A stretch of 64,000 nucleotides of DNA from a virus (Duplodnaviria > Caudoviricetes), in the IMG/VR virus record IMGVR_UViG_3300045936_000212, positions 1,206-65,205 of that record; one strand, written 5' to 3'. Shown one piece after another: positions 20,901-29,305 of the stretch. Both the position numbers and the translations under genes were made by a program. The notes beneath the pieces are model-generated. The model worked only from the letters and a program-made list of their open reading frames with translations, searched no databases and was not told the origin of the DNA. Position 1 is the stretch's first letter; every line of letters starts with the position of its first letter.

Positions 20901-21287
20901 CTCCTGTCGAGCCTCAGTTTCAACTTTATCGCCGTCCTCAACGCGCTGAACTCGATCAGCGGCTACCTGCTCACCACCGACGCGACCAATTCGCTCGCCA
21001 TCGCCAATGCCGTCATCGGGGGCTTCAACAACGAAGCGACGGCGATGCTGACCTATGCCAATGGCGAGCAGGCGTTGCTTGGGCAGATCAACACAACCCT
21101 CGGCGGCGCGAACGGCGTCTACCAGACCAACCACTGGCTTTACCTGATCCAATACGATCAGAACTATTTCGGCTGGGAGCATATGCGGCGGTTCGACCGG
21201 ATGATCGAGCTTCTGGTCTCGATCGACACGAACCTTAAGCTCTCGCTGACGGCGCCCGTTCAGCAATGGCCAGCCTATGGCATGTAG
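14916..21287 (+). CDS. Tape measure protein with embedded M15 (VanY-like) peptidase
   Basis: 2123 aa, Ala-rich helical; lambda-type QINDVATQLASGANPFRVATQQAGQ motif; SGFRTFEQQ..SMHEKGLAAD..EPWH peptidase motifs at about 17100-17440. Confidence 0.92.
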   Translation: MATPLSISLKVVGLDQAKADLRTFAEAGKRTFDEIEAEAKKIGEAASNSDRSLQALANRLRQTSAAIDPVTASAIKLRESLVDVQRGLQANLISTEQAARMTEFHRQKHEDFVQTVTKSVSALTRMSGELREFGTVGRQSFEQISAAAKGLAGTALTTEDALTKAMTVVRGLAAEMNPAAAAALKLREQLAAIATVEASGNISPEVAAGLRQQLQLARELADQEAALATQRQAAALIQKQVTAEATAAEQRAATATQVHSAEVAAAARTAATAQKAAAQETAAVIKTAEEQAATAWRVHYAEVAAQARAAAAAQQAAAQSAALVEKATALIQKQAADEAKKAEEQATTASRVHYAEVAARARLAGEAVKGTAQQTTISAAQARFAVQQFGFQINDVATQLASGANPFRVATQQAGQFVQAFQVGGGPAAVLRGFVVELKSLISPTTVAIAGLAALGVGFIALVARSTAADAAMRQFAVTLEAMNLTAKATPAGLEAVSHSFLDLGISVSEARTQLNQLATSGLDPQRWQAIIRAAANLQTVFGGDQFQNLKNAFAGGVESASTYALKLRLITTDQAAYARQLVLSGDAGKALDFILQQVTARSDDWNKRALSPLGQALRDLNVAYDKFVTTLSKSDAIRGVVEQTTALVRVIEDLFKKEPPKWFRVLFMDEAVPGLGNIVTQLLRMQGIPVTGSGPGGISGPAPAAGGAASGAGAGPLSVTITKSPSAVAGLDPTLQFALRDMFAAAAESGITLGIGSGFRTFEQQTKLYNEAIAKYGSANIPGHQVAYPGTSMHEKGLAADLTASGTTIRAGSPEARWLAANASTFGISFPVRGEPWHAQLAGDVVPAGGRTGLLTAVGEQDPTKIDAVNKLIEAETRRANALRGMGQVLTENEVRERAATIALENELTVEQKARVEAALLANSRATFNNELDNSNKLLNQEISGQQSIVQAYQASSLAGKVRETQFKAETEALRLFGTTDSAVAKQFIENRTKQNLALEKASEQLKSAQEILAGRDTQAQLQLQMNLVGQTSEEIQRQVTILQEKQRIEREFPLLSEAEKAAKLKVTEEIANQTKLLADMNREQQRIDGLYRQIGDTIVNTLGQALDSVFDPKKPMDWGKSIKNMLSSLVGTIGREMLFKPLTGSILSTLGASPSTVQQYGTLGGSGGLFGNIGSLGSTGSFLKSILPESWFSGGGLFSNIGSSLGFASTAPVSSVFGIESSTLSSLGLTGNMAVPGSVFGMTSLGSALGSVGAGFTAGTMINSLVGGKSTGGMIGSGVGSIAGMAIGSLIGMPFLGALLGGVGGGLFGGMFGNNRPRNQSAGFSTDVSTFQIQSGFAGGNQQIDQAVLEAGQKLQGYLDLLKTTGGALSGQLLLQHGVNTGVTLDYSGVPGYGSGRLSLGQDPTKAVGDVALVLAKTMTGVSDTFKSVMDSVSDPAKLERAIAFAKAYEAIDEAAEDAFASIEDATKRMGPYRVAIDEINATFADLTEQAKEFGQAIPPITAALDEAISRLRGDFKDSLQRALNEATGAGFINTIKDIWDQYLASITDSQAIGLGSDRATQDLLGQVATNQIRQVLEGLSVAELDTVIAEFTGLNDIIVELAQTAKLTTDEVDQLASQLAQIRLDIQRFVDSIRGTAGPGASPEQAYYASVAQWGTQYDLASRGDMNALQNITGYAQQYIDAISGYFGSSQAGQVEIDRILANLEALAPTTIQDPVVQAITVLTEAVTTGTTTVTSAIEAIPTSLQVILDANTLAATQAIYANNSLLEQLRTDVNASAETAKTAIDTQIQQLITDITVQTSSLIGQGILNTQSLIDANNTGFADVTAQYQAETDRLIASGAATTAQLQELNTQTATDIINEAGINADDIIAESNQRLDDALSKYDETIEGIGDVSTDAQGIITAVNATGTLLAPLITAVGTDVVAELGDGPNSVVGSIVSELAAVSGYQIRDRGFNTGLLIEAIGLVGDEVNAAALVYSNNEISKMGTVETNLLSSLSFNFIAVLNALNSISGYLLTTDATNSLAIANAVIGGFNNEATAMLTYANGEQALLGQINTTLGGANGVYQTNHWLYLIQYDQNYFGWEHMRRFDRMIELLVSIDTNLKLSLTAPVQQWPAYGM

Positions 21288-21296
21288 GGCCGCACC

Positions 21297-24257
21297 GTGA
21301 CCCCCGAAGCCGAACGGCTACTCCGGAGCGCGACCGTCGATCTCGATTTCGAGCGCGCCGCCTATCGCAACGGCAGCAGCAATGGCGACATCCTCACCGA
21401 CTTTGTGACCACGACCCGCGCCTCGGTGGGGTACGCCGAAAACACGGCGGGCGTCTGGGCGGCGTTCGGAACCAACGTGCCGCGGCGCACCGACAAAGGG
21501 CTGCTCGTCGAGGAAGCGCGGACCAACGGGATCAGAAACAACTCGATGCAGGGTGCGGTCGCCGGCACCCCGGGCACGATCCCGACCAATTGGGCACAAA
21601 ACATCGGTGCCGGCATCACCCGCACCATCGTCGGGACCGGCACTTCTCTTGGCATAAACTACATCGACGTGCGCTATGCCGGCACGCTGAGCGCCGGCAC
21701 TCAGGTCGTAGCTCTGTTTTTCGACAGCACCACCGGGATCGCGGCGACGACCGGGCAGATTTGGACTTTGAGCGGCTTTGTCGCCCTGGTCGGCGGCAGC
21801 GTCGCCAATCTGACAGCGGTCACTTATGGATGGAATGAAAACACCAGCGGTGGCGCCTTCGTCAGCAACAAGACCGGGCCGAACTTCAGGACATCGCTGA
21901 CGGCGTCGTTGCAGCGGGGTTCGTACAGCACGGCCAACACCGGCGGCGGCACCGTCGCAGCCGTGATGCCGTGGATCCAGATCACTGCGCCGACGAGCAC
22001 AGTGGTCGATGTGACCCTGCGGATCGGCTGGCCCCAGATGGAGCTCGGCACCTGGGCGACCTCGCCGATCCGCACGACCACCGCGGCGGTAACGCGCGCC
22101 GCCGAGGTCGTCACGCTGACCACACCTCCGACGTTTGGTGCTTCGTTTTCGATGGTTGGCGAGGGAACGCCGCAGGCGCCCAGCGCCTATACCGCGCAGC
22201 AGTACCTATGCCAAGTAGACAACGGAAATAACAACAATCGCGAAACCATCCTGCGTAACAACGGCACCGGCAATGCTTTTGGATATATTGCTTCGGGGGG
22301 TGTCGCGCTCCTCAGCTTGCAGCCGGCCGCATGGGCACAGAACGTCGTTGGCATGTTGGCGGTTGCGGGTGCCGCTAATGACTACGCAACATCGTTTAAC
22401 GGCAGTGCACCCCTAATCAGCGCGGTGGCTGGTTCGATGCCGGCCATTTCGACGGTTAGGATCGGTAGCACGCTAAGTGGCGGGCAACCTTGGAACGGCT
22501 GGATCAACCGGATCGCGATCTGGCCCGAGACGCGGCTCGGCAACACCGATCTCCAGACCGTCACCGGGGCCGCGACCGGCGCCATCACCGAAGCGATGTT
22601 CACGCTCGATGCGACGCCGCTCGACGTGCCGCTCTACGCGCTCGATAGCGTCGTCGTCAGCCCCTCGGTCATCAGCGCCAGCGACATCCTTGTCGAACTC
22701 GACGCCTACACGCTGCCCTCGGGGCCTATCCGCAAGCTCTATTTCGGCTCGACCGCCTATAGCGATCCAACGGCACCGGGATTTTACGAAGAACGGATGC
22801 AGCAGCCGTTTTCATTCCGGCGCGACATCTTTAGCGGCAACACCACGGGCGGTCCCAGCCGGGTGTCGTTCGGCGAAATGCGGCTGGCGAACGGTGACGG
22901 CGGTCTCGACAACGCCCGCACCGCCTACGCCTTCGCGGGCTGGCCGGCGCGGATGATGATCGGCGATGTCAGGCAGCCCTACGCCACCTGGGAGACGCTG
23001 ATCGCCGGCAAGCCGCAGCAGGCGCTCTTTACGCTCAACGACCTGTCGGTCGTCTTGCGCGACCGGCTGCAGGATTTCGCGTTGACGATCCAGACCAACA
23101 AGTACAAGGGGGACAACGTCCTCCCCGGCGGTCTGGAGGGGCTGAGCGACATCAAGGATCGCCCAAAGCCGCTGCTGTTCGGGGCGGTGATGAACATCAG
23201 CCCGATTTTGGTCAACACCGCCAAATTGATCTGGCAGGTCAACGACGGTCCGGTCGGCATGATCGGCGCCGTCTATGACAAGGGCATCGCGCTCACCCAG
23301 GATTGGGACTACGCCAACGAGGCGGACATGATCGCCAACGAGCCCTTGCCCGGCACCTACCGGGTGTGGCTCGCGGGCGGCTATTTCCGCCTCGGTGCCG
23401 CGCCGTCCGGCACGATCACCTGCGATGCCCGCGAGTACGTCAGCAACCCGGAATGCACCGCCGCCCAGGTGGCGCTGCGGATCGCCCGCCGGCCACCGGA
23501 AACCGGCGAGCCGCCGATCATGGACGCCGACATCAACTGGAGCGATGTCGCGCAGCTCGACCGGCTCAACGCGGCGGTCGTCGGCATCTGGCTGTCGGAT
23601 GAGACGACCTTTAGTGCGGCGATCGACCTCGTCCTCAGCTCGATCGGGGCCTGGTACGGGTTCGACCGTCTCGGTTTCTTCCGGCTGCAACGGCTCGATC
23701 TGCCGCTGGGGCCGGGCACCGTCACCTTCCGGCGCTTCGGGCCGGATGCCGGTGGCGAAGCCGCGCTTGGCGAGTTCGATCTTCTCAACATCCGCTTCCT
23801 GCCGACCAACGACCCCGATCGCGGCGTCCCGACCGACGAGGTCAAGGTCGACTATGGCCGCAATTACACGGTCCAGACCGGCGACGCGTTGACCGGCAAT
23901 GTCAGCACCGAGCGAAAGAACTTTGTCGGGCTGGCAAACCGGACCGCGGTCGCCACCGATCCGACGCTCAAAGACGCATACCCGTCGGCGCTGAAAAAGC
24001 GGGTGCAGACGGTCCTGCTCAACGAGTGGGACGCCACCGCCGAGGCGCAGCGGTTGATCGGCATCTACAGCGACCAGCGCGATTTCATCGAGATCGACAC
24101 GCCGATGCTGTCGGATCTGATCCCGATGATCGACATCGGCTCCGAGATCAAGCTGGTCTACCCCCGGTACAACTACGATGTTGGCCGCGTGCTGCGGGTC
24201 ATCGGCATGCAATACAACGCGCTGAACCGGACGATGACGATAGGCGCTTGGGGATGA
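21297..24257 (+). CDS. Tail tip protein: N-terminal LamG/lectin-like region fused to a hub-like region
   Basis: GLLVEEARTN, TSPIRTTTAAVTRAAE, PWNGWINRIAIW in the N-half; KPLLFGAVMNISP and AVYDKG in the C-half; directly follows the TMP. Confidence 0.75.
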   Translation: MTPEAERLLRSATVDLDFERAAYRNGSSNGDILTDFVTTTRASVGYAENTAGVWAAFGTNVPRRTDKGLLVEEARTNGIRNNSMQGAVAGTPGTIPTNWAQNIGAGITRTIVGTGTSLGINYIDVRYAGTLSAGTQVVALFFDSTTGIAATTGQIWTLSGFVALVGGSVANLTAVTYGWNENTSGGAFVSNKTGPNFRTSLTASLQRGSYSTANTGGGTVAAVMPWIQITAPTSTVVDVTLRIGWPQMELGTWATSPIRTTTAAVTRAAEVVTLTTPPTFGASFSMVGEGTPQAPSAYTAQQYLCQVDNGNNNNRETILRNNGTGNAFGYIASGGVALLSLQPAAWAQNVVGMLAVAGAANDYATSFNGSAPLISAVAGSMPAISTVRIGSTLSGGQPWNGWINRIAIWPETRLGNTDLQTVTGAATGAITEAMFTLDATPLDVPLYALDSVVVSPSVISASDILVELDAYTLPSGPIRKLYFGSTAYSDPTAPGFYEERMQQPFSFRRDIFSGNTTGGPSRVSFGEMRLANGDGGLDNARTAYAFAGWPARMMIGDVRQPYATWETLIAGKPQQALFTLNDLSVVLRDRLQDFALTIQTNKYKGDNVLPGGLEGLSDIKDRPKPLLFGAVMNISPILVNTAKLIWQVNDGPVGMIGAVYDKGIALTQDWDYANEADMIANEPLPGTYRVWLAGGYFRLGAAPSGTITCDAREYVSNPECTAAQVALRIARRPPETGEPPIMDADINWSDVAQLDRLNAAVVGIWLSDETTFSAAIDLVLSSIGAWYGFDRLGFFRLQRLDLPLGPGTVTFRRFGPDAGGEAALGEFDLLNIRFLPTNDPDRGVPTDEVKVDYGRNYTVQTGDALTGNVSTERKNFVGLANRTAVATDPTLKDAYPSALKKRVQTVLLNEWDATAEAQRLIGIYSDQRDFIEIDTPMLSDLIPMIDIGSEIKLVYPRYNYDVGRVLRVIGMQYNALNRTMTIGAWG

Positions 24258-25087
24258 CCAACTGTCTCTTCGGCTTTCCGCGCATGACGCCCTACTACAC
24301 GGCGGCGGGCGGCTCGTGGAATGCCACCTACCCGGTCGCAAACCTCTTGTCGCTGCCGCTGTCGCGGGTGGCGCGCAGCACCAACGCGCTGGTCGCCAGC
24401 ACCGTCATCGACCTGACCAGCAGCCCGGCGCAGAGCGCCACGACGGTCTCCTTGGCGCGGCACAATCTCAGCGGCAATGCGCAGATCCGGGTCAACTGCT
24501 GGGCCGACGCAGCGCGCACCACGCCGACCTTCGTCGGAGGCTATGAGGATGTCTGGCCGACTGCGCTCAAGACGATGACCGCAGCCGAGCGGGCGAATGC
24601 GGTGTGGACATGGTTCAAGCGGTTCTCCGCGACCCCGATCACCTGTGGCGCGATCCGCCTCGAGATCAGCGATGCCGCCAACGCCGCCGGCTACGTCCAG
24701 GCCGGGTTTGCCGAAGTCTGCCAGCACTTCGAGACCAGGTGGAATTTCGAGTGGGGCATGAACTGGGGTTTCACCTTCCGCTCGCAGGTTACTGAAGCCA
24801 TAGGCGGGGCGCAGTATGTCGACCGCCGCGCCAAGCCGCGCATCGCCCGCGGCAACTTCCCCTTTGTGACGCGTGATCAGTCGCAGACCAAATTTTGGGA
24901 GATGTGGCGGCAATTGGATCTCGCCGACCCACTGCTGTTCGTGCCGCTCTACGACGAGCCGACGCACTACCCGCGCACCGCCATGCTGGCGCAGCAACTC
25001 GACGCCGGTCCCGCCAGGATGGCGATGCGAGGCGCCGGTACGCTGATCGACAGCGTCCCCTTCTCGCTCCGCGAAATCATCGGGTGA
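24254..25087 (+). CDS. Minor tail protein
   Basis: ATGA overlap; YPVANL..SRVARS, LARHNLS, WNFEWG motifs; tail module position. Confidence 0.7.
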   Translation: MTNCLFGFPRMTPYYTAAGGSWNATYPVANLLSLPLSRVARSTNALVASTVIDLTSSPAQSATTVSLARHNLSGNAQIRVNCWADAARTTPTFVGGYEDVWPTALKTMTAAERANAVWTWFKRFSATPITCGAIRLEISDAANAAGYVQAGFAEVCQHFETRWNFEWGMNWGFTFRSQVTEAIGGAQYVDRRAKPRIARGNFPFVTRDQSQTKFWEMWRQLDLADPLLFVPLYDEPTHYPRTAMLAQQLDAGPARMAMRGAGTLIDSVPFSLREIIG

Positions 25088-25093
25088 CGACGT

Positions 25094-27298
25094 ATGCCGT
25101 ATCCGTTTGCCCCTGGTGAAGTCCTAACCTCGGCCAACCTAAACGCCGCGCTCGATATGCGCGTGCGGACCGATGGGACCAATCTCGTCCTGACGCCGGG
25201 CGCGGTGCTGTTCGGGAGCTCGGCCGGCGGTTTCGCCTCCGATAGCACCAATCTCACCTTCGACGACACCAACAATCGCCTAGGGGTGAACAACAACACG
25301 CCGCAGGCAATGCTGTCGGTCGGCAAGACCGCCGGCGCGGCCCGCGTCTACAACAGCTACACCGATGCCGCCAACGGCGAGTGGGGCGACTTTAGCTGGT
25401 CCGGCAATGTCCTCCAGCTGGGTTCGGCGAAGAACGGCACCGGGATCGCGCGCGATGTTGTCATCAACCACGGATCGAGCGAACGGGCGCGGGTCACTTC
25501 CACCGACCTGCGTCTGACTGTCGGCGGGGGTACGACCGGCATCTATTTCAGCGTCTGGAGCGATGTCACCAAGGAATACTATCTGGCCAACCAAAACGGG
25601 GCGATGAATGTCGTCCGGCAGAGCGGGATCGGGGGGCCGGAATTTCGCTTGGTCAATGCCGGCTGGGTCGATTGGAACAACCACGAGTGGTCATATAACG
25701 GAAGCTGGATAAGCAACGTCGCGGCCTATGGCACGAGCCGGGTCGGCACTGGTGTCGCCCGCGATTCCGCCTTCTATCACGGCGGGACGCAAAAACTCTG
25801 GCTGACAAGCGAGGGGCTGGGCGTCGGCGGAACCCCTGGCGGGAGCGGCGCCGGCAGGTTGTTGCGCGTCACCGGCACCATGACCACGTCGCTCAACACT
25901 CCCGTCGAATTTGGCTACACGCTCGCGTCGAGCGTCACCACGAGCCAATACGGATTCGTAAATCAACCCACCTTCAATCCATCCGGAGCTTCACTTACCA
26001 CGGTCTACGGTCTTTTGAATTATGCGCTGATCGCAAGCACCGCCGCGATTGGTATCTCGACTATGTCCGGGGTAACGTCGCTGCTCCAGACCAACGCCGG
26101 CTACACGCAACAGATCACGACTGGCGCCGCCTTTGACACCTTGGGCCCGACCGTCAGTGGCTCGCTGCCGTTCATCAATTACTACGGCTACCGGTGCCAG
26201 GGTATCGGCAACGGCAACGGCGCCACCTCGGGCAGCATCGTCAATGTGGGGCTGATCATCGGCATCCATACCGCCGCTGGCGCCGCCGGCGGGACGGTCA
26301 ATAATTACGGCGCATATCTTAATGTGGGAACCGGCTCCGGCGCCGGGACAACCAATAATTACGGGTTGCGGATTACCGGCAACGGCGGGTCCGGGGGTGG
26401 CGGCACCACCACCAATTACGCCATCTACGCTGACAGCACCGCTCCCTCGGTATTTACCGGCAAGCTTGGTCTCAACGGCACGATACCGCAGGTTCCGCTG
26501 CAGATGGGCGGTACTTTTGTATCGGCGGGTGATGTCGTCATCGCGACGATCCAAACGACGATGCAAAGCACAGCCACCGGTAGCCAGTTCGGCTTTCAAG
26601 CCGCGCCGACGTTCCAGCCGACCGGCGCCTCGCTGACGACTGCGATCGGGCTATATGCCAATCCGGCCCTGGCGGGCAGCGTAGCGATCGGCGAGCTCGA
26701 TGCAATTTTTGCTTGGCCCAATCTTACCAGCTACAGCGGCACCAATCCGACATGGATCGTGGGGGTCGGATCTGAGGGGCCGTTAGGCGGCAGCTCGACC
26801 AAGTACGCAAGCAACTATGCCGGGTTCTATGCGCAAGACGTAGCGAACGGACACGGCGCGACCAGTGGCTCGATCGCCAATCACGGCATTTTTGTCGGCT
26901 CGCACACGGCGGCGGCGGCAGCCGGCGGGACCATCAACAACCGCGGTGCTACCATTTTCTTGCCGAGCGGCAGCGGGGCCGGCACAACCTCGAACCTCGG
27001 CCTCTACCTTACCGGGAACGGTGGCTCGGGCGGCGGCGGCACGACGACCAATTACGCGATCTTCAGCGACAGTGCTGCCCTTTCGCAGCTTCAGAGCACG
27101 CGGATTGGGATTGGCATCGCCAATCCGACCAATGCCACGGCGCCATTCCTCTACATCACTGCGGCAGCCGGAGTACCCACCGGAGTTCCAGCCTTTGCGG
27201 CGGTCGGCGCCATCGCCATCCAGTGGGACAGCACGAACAAAAAGCTGATGGTCTACGACCAGCCCTCGGCGACATGGAAGGGCGTCGTCCTGGCCTGA
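25094..27298 (+). CDS. Tail fibre / receptor-binding protein
   Basis: FAPGEVLTSANLNAA N-terminus, FDDTNNRLGVNNNTP, Gly/Thr/Asn-rich beta repeats with an internal duplication. Confidence 0.75.
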   Translation: MPYPFAPGEVLTSANLNAALDMRVRTDGTNLVLTPGAVLFGSSAGGFASDSTNLTFDDTNNRLGVNNNTPQAMLSVGKTAGAARVYNSYTDAANGEWGDFSWSGNVLQLGSAKNGTGIARDVVINHGSSERARVTSTDLRLTVGGGTTGIYFSVWSDVTKEYYLANQNGAMNVVRQSGIGGPEFRLVNAGWVDWNNHEWSYNGSWISNVAAYGTSRVGTGVARDSAFYHGGTQKLWLTSEGLGVGGTPGGSGAGRLLRVTGTMTTSLNTPVEFGYTLASSVTTSQYGFVNQPTFNPSGASLTTVYGLLNYALIASTAAIGISTMSGVTSLLQTNAGYTQQITTGAAFDTLGPTVSGSLPFINYYGYRCQGIGNGNGATSGSIVNVGLIIGIHTAAGAAGGTVNNYGAYLNVGTGSGAGTTNNYGLRITGNGGSGGGGTTTNYAIYADSTAPSVFTGKLGLNGTIPQVPLQMGGTFVSAGDVVIATIQTTMQSTATGSQFGFQAAPTFQPTGASLTTAIGLYANPALAGSVAIGELDAIFAWPNLTSYSGTNPTWIVGVGSEGPLGGSSTKYASNYAGFYAQDVANGHGATSGSIANHGIFVGSHTAAAAAGGTINNRGATIFLPSGSGAGTTSNLGLYLTGNGGSGGGGTTTNYAIFSDSAALSQLQSTRIGIGIANPTNATAPFLYITAAAGVPTGVPAFAAVGAIAIQWDSTNKKLMVYDQPSATWKGVVLA

Positions 27299-27312
27299 CC
27301 AAGGGGAGAGCA

Positions 27313-27672
27313 ATGCACTTCATCGACATCATCGTGCGCGACGAGAACACCGTCTTGCACAAGGAGACCGCCCAGGTGCCCGACGGTTTCGCCGGGGAGC
27401 TGGTCGAGGCCTACCGGACCTATTACCCGGATGCGGTGGGCGACACGCAGATGTTCCAGCGGATCAGCCGCGGTCTGATCGAGGGCATCATGGCGAACAT
27501 TGCCTCGGCCAGGGCCGCAGCCGCGATGTCCCGGTCGGCGCCGCGCACCTTCCGGCTGGAGAGCGAGCCGGAACTGCCGCCGGAACCGGAACCGGAACCC
27601 GAACCACCGCCGCCCATACCTGATGAGCCGTCGCCGCCGCCGGAGCCTGCCGATGAACCGGCGCAACCGTAG
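27313..27672 (+). CDS. Hypothetical protein with Pro/Glu tail
   Basis: GGGGAG RBS; MHFIDIIVRD start. Confidence 0.65.
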   Translation: MHFIDIIVRDENTVLHKETAQVPDGFAGELVEAYRTYYPDAVGDTQMFQRISRGLIEGIMANIASARAAAAMSRSAPRTFRLESEPELPPEPEPEPEPPPPIPDEPSPPPEPADEPAQP

Positions 27673-27685
27673 GAGACCAGCACCC

Positions 27686-27910
27686 ATGTTCGACGCCACG
27701 CCGCAAGGCGATCCGCAGCCGCAGCCGCAGCCGCAGCAGGAGCCGCCGCGCCCAATCACCCCCGAAGACATCTGGCGCAACCAGAGAGCCAACCTGTCGC
27801 TGCGCGCGCTCGACCTGGAGGCCGAGGTCATCCTGCTGCAGCAGGAGAACCAGCGCCTCCAGCAGCGGGTTGCCGAACTGACCGGCCAGCCGGTCGGCTC
27901 TGCGCCGTGA
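27686..27910 (+). CDS. Small coiled-coil protein
   Basis: AGGAG RBS; LRALDLEAEVILLQQENQRLQQRVAEL heptads. Confidence 0.65.
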   Translation: MFDATPQGDPQPQPQPQQEPPRPITPEDIWRNQRANLSLRALDLEAEVILLQQENQRLQQRVAELTGQPVGSAP

Positions 27911-27911
27911 G

Positions 27912-28175
27912 GTGCGCTACGATCGGCCACCGCCCGGCGTCGCGCTAGCGGCGCTCCTGTCCGGGCTAATCCTGTTGCACCGCCCCGACGGCGGCGGGGT
28001 GCTGGTGGCGACGCAGCACATCACCTCGCTGATCCCGACGGCTGCGCATAGCGGCGGGAAGAACCGGTTGGTTCACGGCCAAGCGCTGTGCGTCGTGCGG
28101 TTGACGGACCAGCAACTGATCGCGGTGCGCGAACCGTGCGCCGCAGTGCACCGGCTGATGTCAGGCGGTCAATGA
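27912..28175 (+). CDS. Hypothetical protein
   Basis: Operon-coupled ORF with a hydrophobic N-terminus. Confidence 0.55.
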   Translation: MRYDRPPPGVALAALLSGLILLHRPDGGGVLVATQHITSLIPTAAHSGGKNRLVHGQALCVVRLTDQQLIAVREPCAAVHRLMSGGQ

Positions 28176-28630
28176 CCAACAGCCTAACTCTGACCTTGGG
28201 CGGCTCCGTCGAACTGGTGCTGCGTCAGCCGCCGCCGGACATCGAATGCGTCATCGAGACGCGATACGAAGGCTTCACAGCAAGAGGAAAGGGGTTTTCC
28301 ATGGCTTACACACTGCCAGCCGACAAAATGATCACCGTGCGCGTCGACTACGTCGATGCCCAGGGACACCCGGCCGTGGTCGATGGCGATGTCAGCTGGG
28401 ATTCAAGCGCCCCCGAGGTCGCGACGGCGACCGTCGATCCGGGCGACAGCCACCTGTGCACGATCGTCCCCGGCACAACGCTCGGGACCACGCAGGTCTC
28501 GGCGCATGCCGATGCTGATCTTGGCTCCGGTGTACGGGCGCTGGTGACGACGCTCGATGTCACAACAGTGGCGGGCGAGGCGGTCGCCGGGACGATCAGC
28601 CCGGTGGGAGATCCCCAGCCGCTCCCATAA
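28172..28630 (+). CDS. Ig-like (Big2-type) domain protein; alternative start 28301
   Basis: VSWDSSAPEVATATV..GTTQVSA motif. Confidence 0.65.
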   Translation: MTNSLTLTLGGSVELVLRQPPPDIECVIETRYEGFTARGKGFSMAYTLPADKMITVRVDYVDAQGHPAVVDGDVSWDSSAPEVATATVDPGDSHLCTIVPGTTLGTTQVSAHADADLGSGVRALVTTLDVTTVAGEAVAGTISPVGDPQPLP

Positions 28631-28641
28631 AGGAGGTCGCG

Positions 28642-28800
28642 ATGGTCCTCACGATCTTGTTCGTCGTCGTCATGTTTCTGTGGCTCTTGAGCATCCTGCC
28701 GTACCCGCCGATGCAGTCCTTTGCCGCCGGCAGTTCTTTCCTCGCCTTCGTCGCGGTGCTGCTGCTGGGTCTATTCCTGTTCGTGCCCGGCCTGCGCTGA
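28642..28800 (+). CDS. 52-aa two-TM membrane protein (holin-like candidate; not in ORF track)
   Basis: AAGGAGG RBS; MVLTILFVVVMFLWLLSILPYPPMQSFAAGSSFLAFVAVLLLGLFLFVPGLR*. Confidence 0.7.
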   Translation: MVLTILFVVVMFLWLLSILPYPPMQSFAAGSSFLAFVAVLLLGLFLFVPGLR

Positions 28801-28954
28801 GCCGCGCAGATCCATCAGGTTGGTCAGTTCCTCGGCTGCGGCCGGCAGTTTCAGATCGCTGCCTCGGATCAGCACGTCGAACCACAGGCACCCGGCGAAG
28901 GGGAGCCTCCCTCGGTGCAGATCCCGCGCGAGAGCAAAGCAAGGAGCCTCGTTC

Positions 28955-29305
28955 ATGCCACTCATGATCCTAAACGGCCCGGTGATCCTGGCGGGCGAGT
29001 CCTTGTCGGACGGCATCGAGGTCGGCGGCGGCTTGGTCCGGATGACGATGCCGTCGATCTGGACTCCGGCGAATATCACCTTTCAGATCTCGACCGACGG
29101 GGAAGGCTACAACGACCTCGTCCATGCTCAGGGCATGGAGTTCATGATGCCCGTCGTGCCGGGATCGGCGGTCATTCTGACCCTTTACGCCGACGCTTTG
29201 CGGGCGATCCAGTTCTTGAAGATCCGCTCGGGCTCGCGGGACTTCCCGGTGATCCAGCCGGTGCAGACCGAGTTTGCGCTGACGGTCGATCCTGCGGCGA
29301 AGTGA
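28955..29305 (+). CDS. Conserved phage beta-sandwich hypothetical protein
   Basis: AAGGAG RBS; LNGPVILAGESLSDGI..WTPANITFQISTDG. Confidence 0.75.
   Translation: MPLMILNGPVILAGESLSDGIEVGGGLVRMTMPSIWTPANITFQISTDGEGYNDLVHAQGMEFMMPVVPGSAVILTLYADALRAIQFLKIRSGSRDFPVIQPVQTEFALTVDPAAK

Noticed and set aside
87-24997. Many long antisense ORFs over structural genes (87-863, 2062-3282, 4358-6079, 18840-20063, 22812-24341)
   Set aside because: Shadow ORFs typical of high-GC coding DNA, opposite well-supported genes.
25094-27298. Diversity-generating retroelement acting on the tail fibre
   Set aside because: The duplication is in-frame and diverged at all base types, not adenine-specific; no reverse transcriptase in the window.
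28801-28950. GC-rich intergenic stretch with possible stems (riboswitch or ribozyme)
   Set aside because: No conserved catalytic or aptamer motif recognised by eye; an Rfam/Infernal scan would be needed.
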